From: Mobula hypostoma
Taxonomy: Eukaryota
Direction of reading: 5' to 3'
NCBI RefSeq assembly: GCF_963921235.1
Contig: NC_086107.1
Span: 100,628,001-100,692,000 of the forward strand
DNA length: 64,000 bases
A program made the position numbers and the translations under genes. Positions 54,101 to 63,113 of this stretch are shown piece by piece (position 1 is the first letter of the stretch; every line of letters begins with the position of its first letter). The notes beneath the pieces are model-generated. The model had not been told where the DNA came from and searched no databases. It saw only the letters and a program-made list of their open reading frames with translations.

Positions 54101-57100
54101 CTGGCGTATTTATTTAGATTCGAAGATGAATCCCTGAATTTTGGTCAGTCCACTGACTCAAAGAAGTTGTTTAAGCATTCCTTCACCTCCCTTGACCTTC
54201 TTGGTCCTCACCACTGGGGCTGCAGTCTGTAGTCTCTGCCTGTAAGCTGGGAGAAGGTACATTCAGGTGATCAAACTTTCCAAAGTGTGGGTGTGAGATG
54301 GCATGGTCTTGATGGTGGTATAACAGTGGTCAAGTGGGCTTGCTGCTCTATTCCACAGGTGATATGTTAGTGAGGAGACTTCTTCAAGCTGGCCTGGTTG
54401 AAGTCCCCCACAGTGACAGAGAAGGCATCAGCGTATACTGTTTTGTGCCTGCTGATTACAATGCTCAGCTTCTCCAGTCCTCCCAATTTCCCTTGGCAGA
54501 TAAAAAGAATAATGCTTGACTGCTAGAAGTTTCAGGAAGGGTGAGCAGGATTGAGACAGAACCGCCACGTCTGTGCACCATGATGAGTTAATCATAAAGC
54601 ATACTCCACTTCCTCTGCCTTTTAAAAGACTGAACTGTCCTGTCTTTGCAGAAAACGGTGAAGCCATCAGGCTGCAGCACTGTGTCCGAAATGGCAGGGG
54701 ATAGCCATGTTTCCATGAAGCAAAGTACACAGCAATCTCTGTGTACTGTAATCTTTCTTTGAGGCCTTCAATTTTATTTTACAGAGACTGTATATTTGCC
54801 AGCAAGATAGTTGGGAGTGGAGGTCTAAAGCCTCTGTGTTTCAATTGTACTTGCAGACCGGCTCACCTGCCCCACTTCCGTTTTCTTAAAGGGAAACTGC
54901 ACTTGCAACCTGAGTCTGTTGTTGGGATCTGTCGATTTTTGTGGATAGAAAAATTCTTTAAATAGTTTAAATATTCTCAAATAATTCTGTTCAAGACAAC
55001 TACAATAGTCACATGGCTGTGGTTGTTGTAGTAGTCTTAAACAGGAATATTTGATGATTTCCATCGGAGCTGCTCACAAAGAGATGCCACTTATTGGCGC
55101 CATCTTGCCACAGAAGATGATAGGGTGGTTAAGAAGGTATATGGTGTGTTGGCCTTCATTAGTCGGGGAATTGAGTTCAAGAGTCATGAGGTAATGTTGC
55201 AGCTTTATAAAACTCTGGTTTAATCACACTTGGAGTATTGTCTTCAATTCCAGTCACCTTATTATAAGAAGGTGCAGAGGAGATTTACCAAGATACTGCC
55301 TTGACTGGAGAATATATTCTATGAGGAAGAGCTGAGCGAGCTAGGGCTTTTCTCTTCGGAGTGAAGGAAGATGAGAGGTGACTTGATAGAAGTGTATAAG
55401 GTAATGAGAGGCATAGATTAAGTGCCTTTTTCCCAGGGTGGCAATGGCCAATTCCAGAGGACATCTTGTTCAAGGAAAGTTTAGGCGAGGTGTCAGAGGT
55501 AGGTTTTTTTTTACACAGAGAGAGTGGTAAGTGCCTGGAATGCACTCCAGGCATGTGGTAGGGGATGATAATATAGGGACATTTAAGAGACTCTTAGATA
55601 GACACATGAATGTCGGTAAAATGGAGGGTTATGGGCTATATAGGAGGGAATGATTAGGTTGACTGTGGAGTATGTTAAAAGGCCAGCACAACATTGTGGG
55701 CTGAAGGGCTTGTTCTGTGCTGTAGTGTTCTATTTTTTAAGTGTGAGGACTTTGACTTTTGGATCTGAAAACAATAGGTCAGTACACTTTCACGCTGATA
55801 GAAGTGTTGGAACTAAAGTATTCGGGTCTATTGACACACACCGTGCACTAACTATGACTGATGTGAAATGTAATTAAAAATATACTAAACTAGGGAAATA
55901 ATTTTTCTGACATGTTAAGCTATGCTGAGACCCAATCAGGAGCATGATGTTCAGTTTTGGACACTGGATGTCAGTATTTATTCACCTCTAGATTGTGTAT
56001 ATTTCACTCTCAGTCCTAAATAGTTCAATTATGAACATTGGCTAAATAAAACAATCTTGAAATTCTCTTTAGTTATAATTTCAGTAGTATCTGATCATGA
56101 CTTTCAAAAAGGAATTTGGAAGTGTAGATACAAGGAAAACAATTTTTTTCTGATGGGGAATCCAGAACAAGAGGACGTCATCTTAAAACTAGAGCTGAGG
56201 TATTTTAGGATGAACTGAGGAAGCATGTTTTCATGCCAATTATAGTGGAAATCTAGCATTTACCTTCCCACTAGGCTGTAGATAATGGGGATCACTATCA
56301 GGACATATTTTATTGGGTGTAGCGGTTACTTGAAAACAAACCAAAACTGCTGAGAGATGAAGCCAGGGTACTCAACGCAGTATGGTGCGTTTCCAAATAA
56401 TGAATTTCCAAATCAAGAGAGGTTTGTTCGATCCTATATTGTAAAACCAGCAAAGACGAATGATCTTGAAGAGGTAAAAAACTAGCAAAACAAAATTGAT
56501 GATATAATGGTCTTATAGTGATATTAAGTCGTATAATAGCATAATTAGTGCAAGTAAGCATTCTAATAAATTCTCTATTTAACGAAGAGAAATTAGTGCA
56601 ATAAACGACACTAAGCATAATTAGTGGTCAAAATAAATTAGCGGTCATAAGAAACTATCATTCCCTGGTTGCCTCTAACTCTCCACTATACGAAACGGTG
56701 TGTGAAACTTCCGGTTTAAGAAGACGCTACTGAAGATGGGCAACAGGTTACTGGTGGTTCAAAAACAAAAGAGTTCAATTAAAACCATTATTAATAACAC
56801 TTTTTGAATTAAATTGCGGTAGACTATCACCGCAAGCTCTGAAGATGCGAGTGAAGGCAAAACGAATTCTTCAGAATGTGCTCTGCTGATGGTTGCAAAA
56901 TCGACACACTTGGAGTTGTGCTGGTTGGAGGGGAACAATTCGGAGGGGAGTAGACTGGGACAGAGGAGGTATCATGCCTGTCTAACTAACTTGAGTGCGA
57001 GGGCGGGTTGCTCTAAACGCCAAACCGAATTGGAGAGGTTGAGTACAGCTTCTTTGGCAGCAAAATCCAGGTTCAAAGAAAATGATGGGCAACGTGTTCA

Positions 57101-60100
57101 AGGCCTGGAGTGACTCACTGCAGCAACGCCCAGGTCCTAATGAGAGGTATAATCCACTGTTTGGGCTATCTAAGTGTTGGCCTGTATAGATTGGGAAGGC
57201 AGGGTGTTGAGAGTTGGATGAAGTTGAATCACTGTGAGCACCGAGCCAACTTGGAGAGGTCGAGAATGGCTCCCTTGGCAGCAAAATCTAGGCCTGGGGT
57301 GATTCGCAGGCAGTGGGGATGGGTCTTAGTGCGAGGTTCGGACAATTTAAACACTGGCCCAGATAATCTGGGTACTTCTCTGTCTGTGACCTGAGGCTAT
57401 GAGACTGCCCCCTGTTGCTGTGCTTCTTGTCTGTGAGCTTTGTGGCAACTTGCCCCACTAATGTGATGAACTGAATACCGAGGCTTTGGGGCTACTCCAA
57501 GGATTTGGATCTAAGGACTCAATTTGATTTGGATTGCTGTTGTTGCTTGCTTCTTCTGTTGGTATGATTTGTTTTGTGTTGTTTTTCTCTTTCTCTGTGG
57601 GTATTGGGGGGTTGGAATACGTAACCATGCTCATTTGCTTCTACCACACCCCAACCCACGTGATTACTGTAATAAATGTCCCACTATATACAATACAGAC
57701 AGAAAATAGATACCTGCCTCCTACATCAGGAAATAATTAAATCAGTAATTAGTACTCTCCTTTGAGCCAGATGTTTGTGGGTTCAAGTCTCACTTTGGAG
57801 AAAATCCCAACTGAACATTCAGTGAAGTACCAAGGGAGCACAGCACTGTTACGGGTGCTTTGTTTCTGATGAGATATTAAATTGAGACCGTTTGGTCTAT
57901 CAGATGATGTAAGGTATTTCCAGGAAGATTTCAAAGAAGGGCAAGGATGCTATTGCTAATATCTTGGATAGTATTTATACTTCGATAAGCATTCCACCAG
58001 CCTTTCTTTTTGTGGACAGATAGGTGCAGTTTTTTCAATATTGTAACACATATCATATTTTTTTTTGCCTGAAGGATTTTGATGGGAACCTAAGGCCATA
58101 AAAGGTGATGTATAAATCCGGGTTTATGTCTCTCCAATAGAGGTTGGTTAGTGGGATTAAGATGCAAAGAGCCATCCGTTCATACAGCAGGAAATTTGTG
58201 TGTGAGATCTGTGTCAATGGATGATGGCTGAATTCCCTCCTTGATAGGTAGCTCAGGATCGGAGTTTACAATGTGGCTCATCAACTATATCTGTGCTTTA
58301 ACTGAGTGGTGAAACATGTTGGAGGGAACTGAAGACGAAAATCTTGAACAGAAACACGAGATTCTACAGATGCTGGACATCTTGAATAGCACACGCAAAA
58401 TACTGGAGGAACTTGGCAAATCAGGCAGTACCTCTGGAGGGGAATAAACATTGGACATTTAGGGCCGAGTCCCTTCAGGACTGAGATGTTGACTGTTTAG
58501 TCCCCTCCATAGATGCTGCCTGACTTGCAGAGTCCTCCAACATTTTGTGTGTATTATTGAACGGAGTTTTGTGCGTAACTTCGTGAATGATGAAACTGGG
58601 GATACGTACAACTTTAAAGAAAACGCAGCTCCAGAAAAGGACAGGCAATGTGTCTTTGAGGCAGCTGAAAAGTAAGTTTTGAATTTGTCTTCTCAAAATT
58701 CTTACAGTAGTAATTTTTTTTGCTGCTCCTAGTAGATAATTTTTGGTTCAGATGGGTTGTATACTCTGTGATGCACAACATATCAGAATTCTGTGAAACA
58801 GAGCGTCTTTGCTTAGTTTTCATTTTATAATCAGTCGTTTGATTGTCACATCTACTCATTCTTTCCTTGCATCAGGCAAGCAGAACTCATCGTCGTTGTC
58901 TGGTATGGTGACACCTCAGAAGAGGTCAGCCCTTTCAGTCACATTTGGAGGCAGCAGTCAGTCCTCTCCAGTTAAAATGCCAGATGCGGACCCAATTGAT
59001 GTTGCAGCGCACTTGCAGCTTCTGGGAGAATCACTGAGCCTCATCGGCCACCGACTGCAAGAAACTGAGGTGAGATGTGTGTGAAGTGATGGAAAAGATG
59101 AGAAACATCTACGTAACAACAAGGAGCATGGTAGGCACAGAATTAATTTGAAATTTCATCTTTGATTTTCCACACCATGGCCTTGTGTTCCTCATGCAAA
59201 TTTTGAAGACTTCAATATCACCAAGCATTGGTGTTTTGGAGTTGGAGCAGAAATGTGTTTTGCAGCAGCAACCCATGACTATTCCAAAAATGTGTTGATG
59301 TTATTTCCTTAATGATGTCTGATGGGAACAAGAACAGAACCTGAGGTCTTCCTGTTTTTACCTCACTGCTGGATCTATTTAAGACAAGAGGGAGAAAGGA
59401 ATAGAAGGGTGTGCTGGTTATTGTGGAGGAAGCCTTGTGGAGTTTAGCCCAAGTGGATCAAATGGCTTGTTTCCATGCTGTAAACGTTTGTGTAATTGTT
59501 AAGTTTTTAACAGCTACCGTCATCAAATTCTAATAACTGCATTGCAATAAGTTCTACCTTCAATGGATAGGAAGCCCTCAGAAAGCAAGTGCACATTCAG
59601 GGCTGAAAGATTTGAGTTGCTTTGAATTTATGGAGCACCTCATTATGGGCTTCAGTTCTTTCTTTAAAAATTAAATCTATTTTGGAGAACACAGGCCTTC
59701 CTTCTTTGGGATGAGTATTGAAATGCAGATAAGATTCATAAAATAACAGTCTACTTTGTTTGCTGGCGCTGATATAGAACATTGTTCCCAGTTTCAACAG
59801 GGGTGGAATTCAAAATATAAAAATACTATTATTCAGAATTGAATGTGTGTTACGGTTCTTGGCCTTGCTGTATGCCCACATCAATATGCATCATAATTTA
59901 TGTTCAAAAATGGAGCCACATCTGACTTAGCCCTCTTTCCAACAAGGTCACAAGATAGCTGTGACCGAGTTCAAGGATGTTACTGCTAATTTAGTTTCAC
60001 TGACGTCATGGCAAAGAGATTGTTCAGCAACAGTACAAATTAGAGATTACATCTAAGACTCCCTTTGTCCCACTGTTTTTGCAACTCATTTGTTATTAAT

Positions 60101-63100
60101 TAAACCATGAGGAATTGCATTTTACTTTAAAACCTAAAGATGTCTTAGGCTGTTGAGTACTTATTGAGTTTCTAAAATGGATAGTTTAAAACTATTTTTC
60201 TCTTTTTTAGGGTATGGTGGCAGTGTCTGGGAGTCTCTCTGTCTTGCTGGATTCCATAATCTGTGCACTGGGTCCATTAACTTGCCTCACAGCACAGGTT
60301 GATCATCTTAATGGCTGTCCAAAAGAAACTCTTGTGAGTTTTTCTTTCTCCTGCATTCTCCAAATGATATGCTAAAGGGTCCGAAAAGCATTTCCCACCC
60401 GACAAGCTTCCTAATTTGCATGCAGAAATTCAAGTCAGTTAAGATCAGTGCCTCTCTGTTCTCGGATAAACCTAGTGAGTGGGAGACTGCCAAGTACATT
60501 GAGACTGTGTGGCATTAACATCCAGTTTCATCTTTCCTGTTGCATGGCATTAGCGGTGAAGATCCTCAGTTCTGTGAGGAAACCAGTGAGCTGAGAACTG
60601 ATTAGTTCAGAACTGAAAAAGGAGATTTAAGAGGGATGCTGAACATTTTAATTGTTTTTATATTGTAAGTAGGAAAATTTTTCCTTTGATGGATTGATTA
60701 GTAAGCTGTATGTACATATTTTGTATTTCCAAACAATACAGGAAATAATTCAGCTGATGGAGTCCATGCCAACTCAGACCAATCCTGTTTCCACCACATA
60801 GTTCTGCATAACCACGTCTCCCTCACATGCCATCAACCACACTCTGACTCTCCAAGCACCCACCTTTATTTGGGGCAACACAGTAGACAATTAACTTCTG
60901 AACCGCTTTTTGTGAGATGTGGGGGGGAAACTAGAGCACCAGGGTACTTGCACGTAAACACATTTGGGCATGATGGGAATGTACAATCTCTGTGCACAGA
61001 TAGTCCCAGAGGTGACAATCAAACTTGGATTACTGGAGCTATGAGGCGTCAGCACTAACTGCTGTGCCATGATGATGCCTGGTGCCCAAGGTAATTTTCA
61101 CATCACCCAGAGGGACAAAAGAGAAACTTTAATTCTGGCATCCATTGTTTTGGGAAAATTTCAGTACTAATTTGTGATTTCCCCCTTGTCTTGTCAATGA
61201 GAAGTGGAGGATAAAGTTTTCCACTAGCTGTACTTGTACCTCAGACAATAGAAAATGGTTATGGTAATAGTGGGAAAATTTCAGTACTAATATTCAAAGG
61301 TGAATTAAATATTTAATTGCAGAGAAGAAAATTAGAGGCACTGTAAAGAATCTAGCTGAAGGAATTGGATAGCTTTTCCAAAAGTGGCACAGTAGACCAA
61401 ATGGTGATCTTCGGTGCAGCTTCGTCTGTGGGTCTGTGCAGCTGTTGCTTAAAGTGATGGGCGGCAAGCTGAGAGACTGATGTGGATAACTTGTGATTTC
61501 CCCCTTGTCTTGTCGATGAGAAGTGGAGGATAAAGTTTCCCACTGGCTAGACTTGTACCGCATATAATAAAAAATGGTTATGATGGTTGGACATTAATCA
61601 TTTCAGCCTCAGGGCATCACTGGAGAAGTTTCTTAGGCCCAACAGAGAGAAACTGGAGAGAAACAATATGACAGGTGAAAGTGGGAGGGGGAAGGATGAA
61701 GTAAGTAGCTTGGAAGTTGATTGTTGATTTTCATCAATCAACTTCTTGGCTATTTACTTCATCCTTTTTCCCTCTCGGTTTCACCCTCCCCCTCCCCCAG
61801 CTTTTAAATCTACTCCTCATCTTTTTTTCTCCAGTTCTGCTGAAGGATCTTGGCCTGAAACGTCGACTGTACTTTTTTCTGGCCTGCTGAGTTCCTCCAG
61901 CATTTTGTGTGTGTTGCTTGGATATCCAGCATATGTAGATTCTCTCTTCATGAAATACTCTTTGTTTTTACTTGTTAAATTTTATCTGCTATGTGTTTGT
62001 TCACTTTACTAGCCTGTCACTATCTTTGTGATGTCTATTACTTTGAACCGTACTGCCAAGCTTTGTTTTGTTCACAGATTTGGAAATTGGGCATGTGACA
62101 TTTAAGTCTAAGTCATTAATAAATATGAAGAAAAGCATTGCTCCTGGTACCAACCCTTGGCAATCATCACTGTGTACACTTCTCTCTAATCCAACCATTA
62201 CCAAATGCACTTTGTCCTTGTCACTAAGCCAATTCAGTGCCTATAGGACTTTCACTGGTACTTCTTCAAGTCCAGAATGACATTGACTATTCATGGAACT
62301 CCCTAATGGCATTGTCAGAATAATTCAATAGAAGATCAGTAATGATTCCAGAAGGTTTATCACCATCTTTTCAATTGCAAATAGGGGTAGGGAGTAGTGG
62401 TGGGCAGGGTTCAGCATCATCTTACCAGAAAAGACCATGATGGCTTTCCAGGCAATCGCAATTCCTCATCTATTTCCCTGCTGAGTCTTTTGCCATCCAC
62501 CTCTGAGTGCTCTAGTTTGCTCCCACAATCCCCACCTGGTGAGGTAGGGTTGGTAGCTCAGTTGGCTGTTGTAAATTGCCATTAGTGTGTAGGTGGATGG
62601 CAAGAGAATCGGTGGGAGGTTACTGAGCATGTAGAATGTGCAAAATCCACACGAGACAACAAGACCCAGATGTTAAAACCAAACCTGGATTGCTGGAACT
62701 GAGCCATACTACCTCCAGCCTCACTGTACTGTTCAGTGGTTCTTGGAGAGCTAGAAAGCAATAGGTCACACCCATCATAAATAGTGTGTGTGTGTGTGTG
62801 TGCGCGCGCGCGCGCGCCCTTAACTCCTGGTGGAGTTGTCGGGTCGCCGACAAGCTTTTTTGGTATGCTCATTGTACGGCGTGTCTTGGGCATCTGAAAT
62901 GAACTTGAGACCTCTTGCCCTGAAGTCCAGCGCTGATGCCACTACGCCACCAGCCGGCGTTAATAGGACTGAGATCAATTTGCTCATTGTCTTCCATAAC
63001 AACTACAGCTTTGTTTTGTCTTCCATAATAACTACAGCTTTCTAATTGTATTGTTTTTATTCACCCAGGCTCACACACTGGATAACATTGCTTATATCAT

Positions 63101-63113
63101 GCCAGGACTTTGA
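12149..63113 (+). CDS. HMGXB4: HMG-box domain-containing protein 4 (HMGXB4/HMG2L1), 10 coding exons, 612 aa
   Basis: join(12149-12182,15586-15734,19525-19612,30620-31569,45739-45817,49594-49658,51732-51843,58876-59069,60211-60333,63069-63113)=1839 nt; all introns GT-AG with consistent phases; recognisable motifs [38 protein letters not shown] box, [37 protein letters not shown]. Confidence 0.96.
15586..15734 (+). CDS. HMGXB4: HMGXB4 exon 3
   Basis: TTGCAG| (D)[55 protein letters not shown]. Confidence 0.95.
18340..18560 (-). mobile_element. V-domain (HE1-like) SINE fragment
   Basis: Reverse complement of the V-core (CCAATTAACCT...TTTGG...GGAAACCG...). Confidence 0.7.
19525..19612 (+). CDS. 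HMGXB4: HMGXB4 exon 4
   Basis: [42 protein letters not shown]; phase 0 in, phase 1 out. Confidence 0.92.
19915..20837 (+). mobile_element. Non-autonomous Tigger/pogo (Tc1/mariner superfamily) DNA transposon
   Basis: About 24-bp TIRs TAGTCGGCCCTCCTTATCCACGAG / CTCGCGGATGAGGAGGGCCGAATG; TA TSDs at 19913-14 and 20838-39; internal CENP-B-type HTH remnant ([29 protein letters not shown]) at about 20150-20260; inserted in a CR1 tail. Confidence 0.88.
21180..22230 (+). mobile_element. Highly decayed Penelope-like element (GIY-YIG C-terminal region) split by two V-SINEs
   Basis: Degenerate ETK...FAEHL and QH.IF...DFNNF-like stretches (GAAACCAAA...TTTGCAGAACACCT; GATTTCAACAATTTT). Confidence 0.55.
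21370..21925. mobile_element. Two tail-to-tail V-domain tRNA-derived SINEs (+ about 21370-21590, - about 21590-21925)
   Basis: GGTAGCATAGTGGTT head and TTAATTGGTCATTGTAAAT V-core on +; reverse-complement copy downstream. Confidence 0.7.
22483..25410 (-). mobile_element. CR1 LINE, near-complete ORF2 (APE endonuclease + RT), frameshifted
   Basis: Minus ORFs: [54 protein letters not shown]; (CTATGTTTT)-type tail at 22483. Confidence 0.93.
26015..26570 (-). mobile_element. Rex1/Babar-type LINE 3' fragment
   Basis: [16 protein letters not shown] motif; AAAGTTCAAAGT tail. Confidence 0.75.
26817..28154 (-). mobile_element. 5'-truncated CR1 LINE
   Basis: 257-aa RT ORF 27371-28144 ([26 protein letters not shown]); tail TAGAACATAGAAC. 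Confidence 0.93.
28200..28460 (+). mobile_element. V-domain SINE
   Basis: tRNA-like head, partial V-core, tail CATGTGACAAATAAAGCTAATCTT shared with the copy at about 50530. Confidence 0.7.
28665..29667 (+). mobile_element. 5'-truncated CR1 LINE
   Basis: [38 protein letters not shown]; tail TTCTATGTCCTATGTTC. Confidence 0.92.
30620..31569 (+). CDS. HMGXB4: HMGXB4 exon 5 (950 nt; lysine-rich, DUF4171-type region)
   Basis: TATGCAG| ... [14 protein letters not shown] ... [13 protein letters not shown] ... [14 protein letters not shown] ... EKPEK |GTAGGG. Confidence 0.96.
31588..37232 (-). mobile_element. Full-length L1-clade LINE (5' UTR, ORF1, ORF2), inactivated by frameshifts
   Basis: TSD ACTCAAGTAC at 31578-31587 and 37233-37242; T-run (poly-A) at 31589; 5' end GGACTTCCGG; ORF1 about 37101-36055 ([29 protein letters not shown]); ORF2 about 35610-31869 ([36 protein letters not shown]-terminal CWRMC..H.FWEC). 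Confidence 0.95.
38600..40200 (-). mobile_element. Decayed Rex1/Babar-type LINE(s)
   Basis: [42 protein letters not shown] pieces. Confidence 0.85.
40380..40970 (-). mobile_element. Rex1/Babar-type LINE 3' fragment
   Basis: [22 protein letters not shown] motif. Confidence 0.8.
41200..41525 (-). mobile_element. Decayed Penelope-like fragment
   Basis: Reverse complement resembles the Penelope GIY-YIG tail (GCCACTTTAATTCTCCATCCCACTCC; AACAATTTCAG). Confidence 0.5.
41730..42530 (-). mobile_element. CR1 LINE 3' fragment
   Basis: [36 protein letters not shown] tail. Confidence 0.88.
42680..45326 (+). mobile_element. Decayed CR1 LINE (EN+RT) with an internal rearranged, inverted segment
   Basis: [34 protein letters not shown] motifs; the segment around the RT active site lies inverted at 45131-45326. 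Confidence 0.88.
45329..45600. mobile_element. hAT (Charlie-like) transposon end (distal boundary uncertain)
   Basis: TIR CAGGGTTTCTCAACC preceded by 8-bp ATCTAACT; partner TIR remnant CAGTTTTTCTCAACC at 44757-44771. Confidence 0.65.
45739..45817 (+). CDS. HMGXB4: HMGXB4 exon 6 (HMG box, first part)
   Basis: [38 protein letters not shown]; not in the ORF track. Confidence 0.95.
47185..49090 (-). mobile_element. Rex1/Babar-type LINE 3' part, interrupted by an L1-derived insert (about 47380-48320)
   Basis: [15 protein letters not shown] motif (48813-49022); TTCAAAGTTCAAG tail at 47185. Confidence 0.75.
47819..48076 (+). pseudogene. L1 ORF1 C-terminal domain fragment
   Basis: Own translation: [43 protein letters not shown]...[15 protein letters not shown], which parallels [16 protein letters not shown]...LYPVKLRVF of the ORF1 at 36055-36477. 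Confidence 0.7.
49594..49658 (+). CDS. HMGXB4: HMGXB4 exon 7 (HMG box)
   Basis: CCACAG| (D)[27 protein letters not shown]. Confidence 0.96.
49785..50560 (+). mobile_element. V-domain SINE split by a solo LTR
   Basis: Head GGCATGGTAGCATAATGGTTAG; V-core TGTGGGTTTCCTCTGGGTGCTCC; tail CATGTGACAAATAAAGCTAAT. Confidence 0.8.
49845..50312 (-). mobile_element. Probable solo LTR (468 bp)
   Basis: Insert within the SINE B box; ends TA...CA; 4-bp TSD GGGT/GGGC; on the minus strand TATAAA (50013-18) precedes AATAAA (49923-28) by about 90 nt. Confidence 0.65.
51732..51843 (+). CDS. HMGXB4: HMGXB4 exon 8 (HMG box end)
   Basis: [49 protein letters not shown]; not in the ORF track. Confidence 0.94.
52404..52483. 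mobile_element. 80-bp hAT (Charlie-like) MITE
   Basis: Imperfect TIRs AAGGGGTTCCTTACC / GGTTGGAAATCCCTG; perfect 8-bp TSD CTCTAAAG at 52396-52403 and 52484-52491. Confidence 0.85.
52947..52984 (+). ncRNA. Putative minimal type-I hammerhead ribozyme (in a Penelope-derived element, 52947-53082)
   Basis: Stem I CAGUC/GACUG; core CUGACGA; stem II AGG-GUCUCGG-CCU; GAAA; CA; UC cleavage site after 52979. Confidence 0.6.
53095..55110 (-). mobile_element. Decayed, internally deleted Rex1/Babar-type LINE including its 5' end
   Basis: [49 protein letters not shown]; 5' end CAAGATGGCGCC; contains a 45-bp tandem duplication at 53619-53708. Confidence 0.82.
55115..55737 (+). mobile_element. CR1 LINE 3' fragment
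   Basis: GATAGGGTGGTTAAGAAG, GATGAGAGGTGACTTGATAGA, tail GGGCTGAAGGGCTTGTTCTGTGCTGTAGTGTTCTA. Confidence 0.88.
57750..58125 (+). mobile_element. Ancient Deu-domain SINE (SacSINE1/AmnSINE-like), decayed
   Basis: TGTGGGTTCAAGTC B box, then CAGTGAAGTACCAAGGGAGCACAGCACTG...GATGAGATATTAAA, resembling the DeuSINE core as I recall it. Confidence 0.6.
58353..58556. mobile_element. Palindromic Penelope-derived element (decayed)
   Basis: Same family arms in inverted orientation; TSD-like TTGAAC(A/G)GA at 58344-52 and 58557-65. Confidence 0.75.
58876..59069 (+). CDS. HMGXB4: HMGXB4 exon 9
   Basis: CATCAG| (G)KQNSSS...[33 protein letters not shown]. Confidence 0.96.
60211..60333 (+). CDS. HMGXB4: HMGXB4 exon 10
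   Basis: [53 protein letters not shown]; not in the ORF track. Confidence 0.96.
60740..61087 (-). mobile_element. V-domain SINE
   Basis: Reverse-complement V-core (GATGTGGGGGGGAAACTAGAGCACC) and tRNA head (GCACTAACTGCTGTGCCA). Confidence 0.7.
61650..61950. mobile_element. Penelope 3' end / pseudo-LTR with inverted partial copy and variant hammerhead core
   Basis: Purine-rich inverted arm, then pyrimidine-rich arm leading into CAGTT-CTGCTGA-AGGATCTTGGCCT-GAAACGTC-GACTG (61832-61869). Confidence 0.7.
62784..62817. repeat. (GT)9(GC)8 compound microsatellite
   Basis: 34 bp of perfectly alternating purine/pyrimidine. Confidence 0.95.
62784..62958 (-). mobile_element. Short tRNA-derived SINE with a (GC)n(AC)n tail
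   Basis: Minus strand GCCGGCTGGTGGCGTAGTGGCATCAGCGCTGGACTTC (A box), degenerate B box, ending in the microsatellite. Confidence 0.7.
63069..63113 (+). CDS. HMGXB4: HMGXB4 exon 11 (last coding exon)
   Basis: [20 protein letters not shown] ; matches the conserved HMGXB4 C-terminus; no canonical AATAAA seen before the window end. Confidence 0.96.
   Translation, partial: AHTLDNIAYIMPGL

Noticed and set aside
61172..61582. Duplicated intronic snoRNA
   Set aside because: No proper C/D box pair with terminal stem and no H/ACA layout visible in either copy.
62860..62958. Second tRNA gene on the minus strand
   Set aside because: Degenerate B box, no acceptor stem, and it runs into a SINE tail.
62987..63041. 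26-bp tandem duplication before the last acceptor
   Set aside because: Ordinary slippage duplication; the branch-point-like CTAAT and the acceptor are unaffected.
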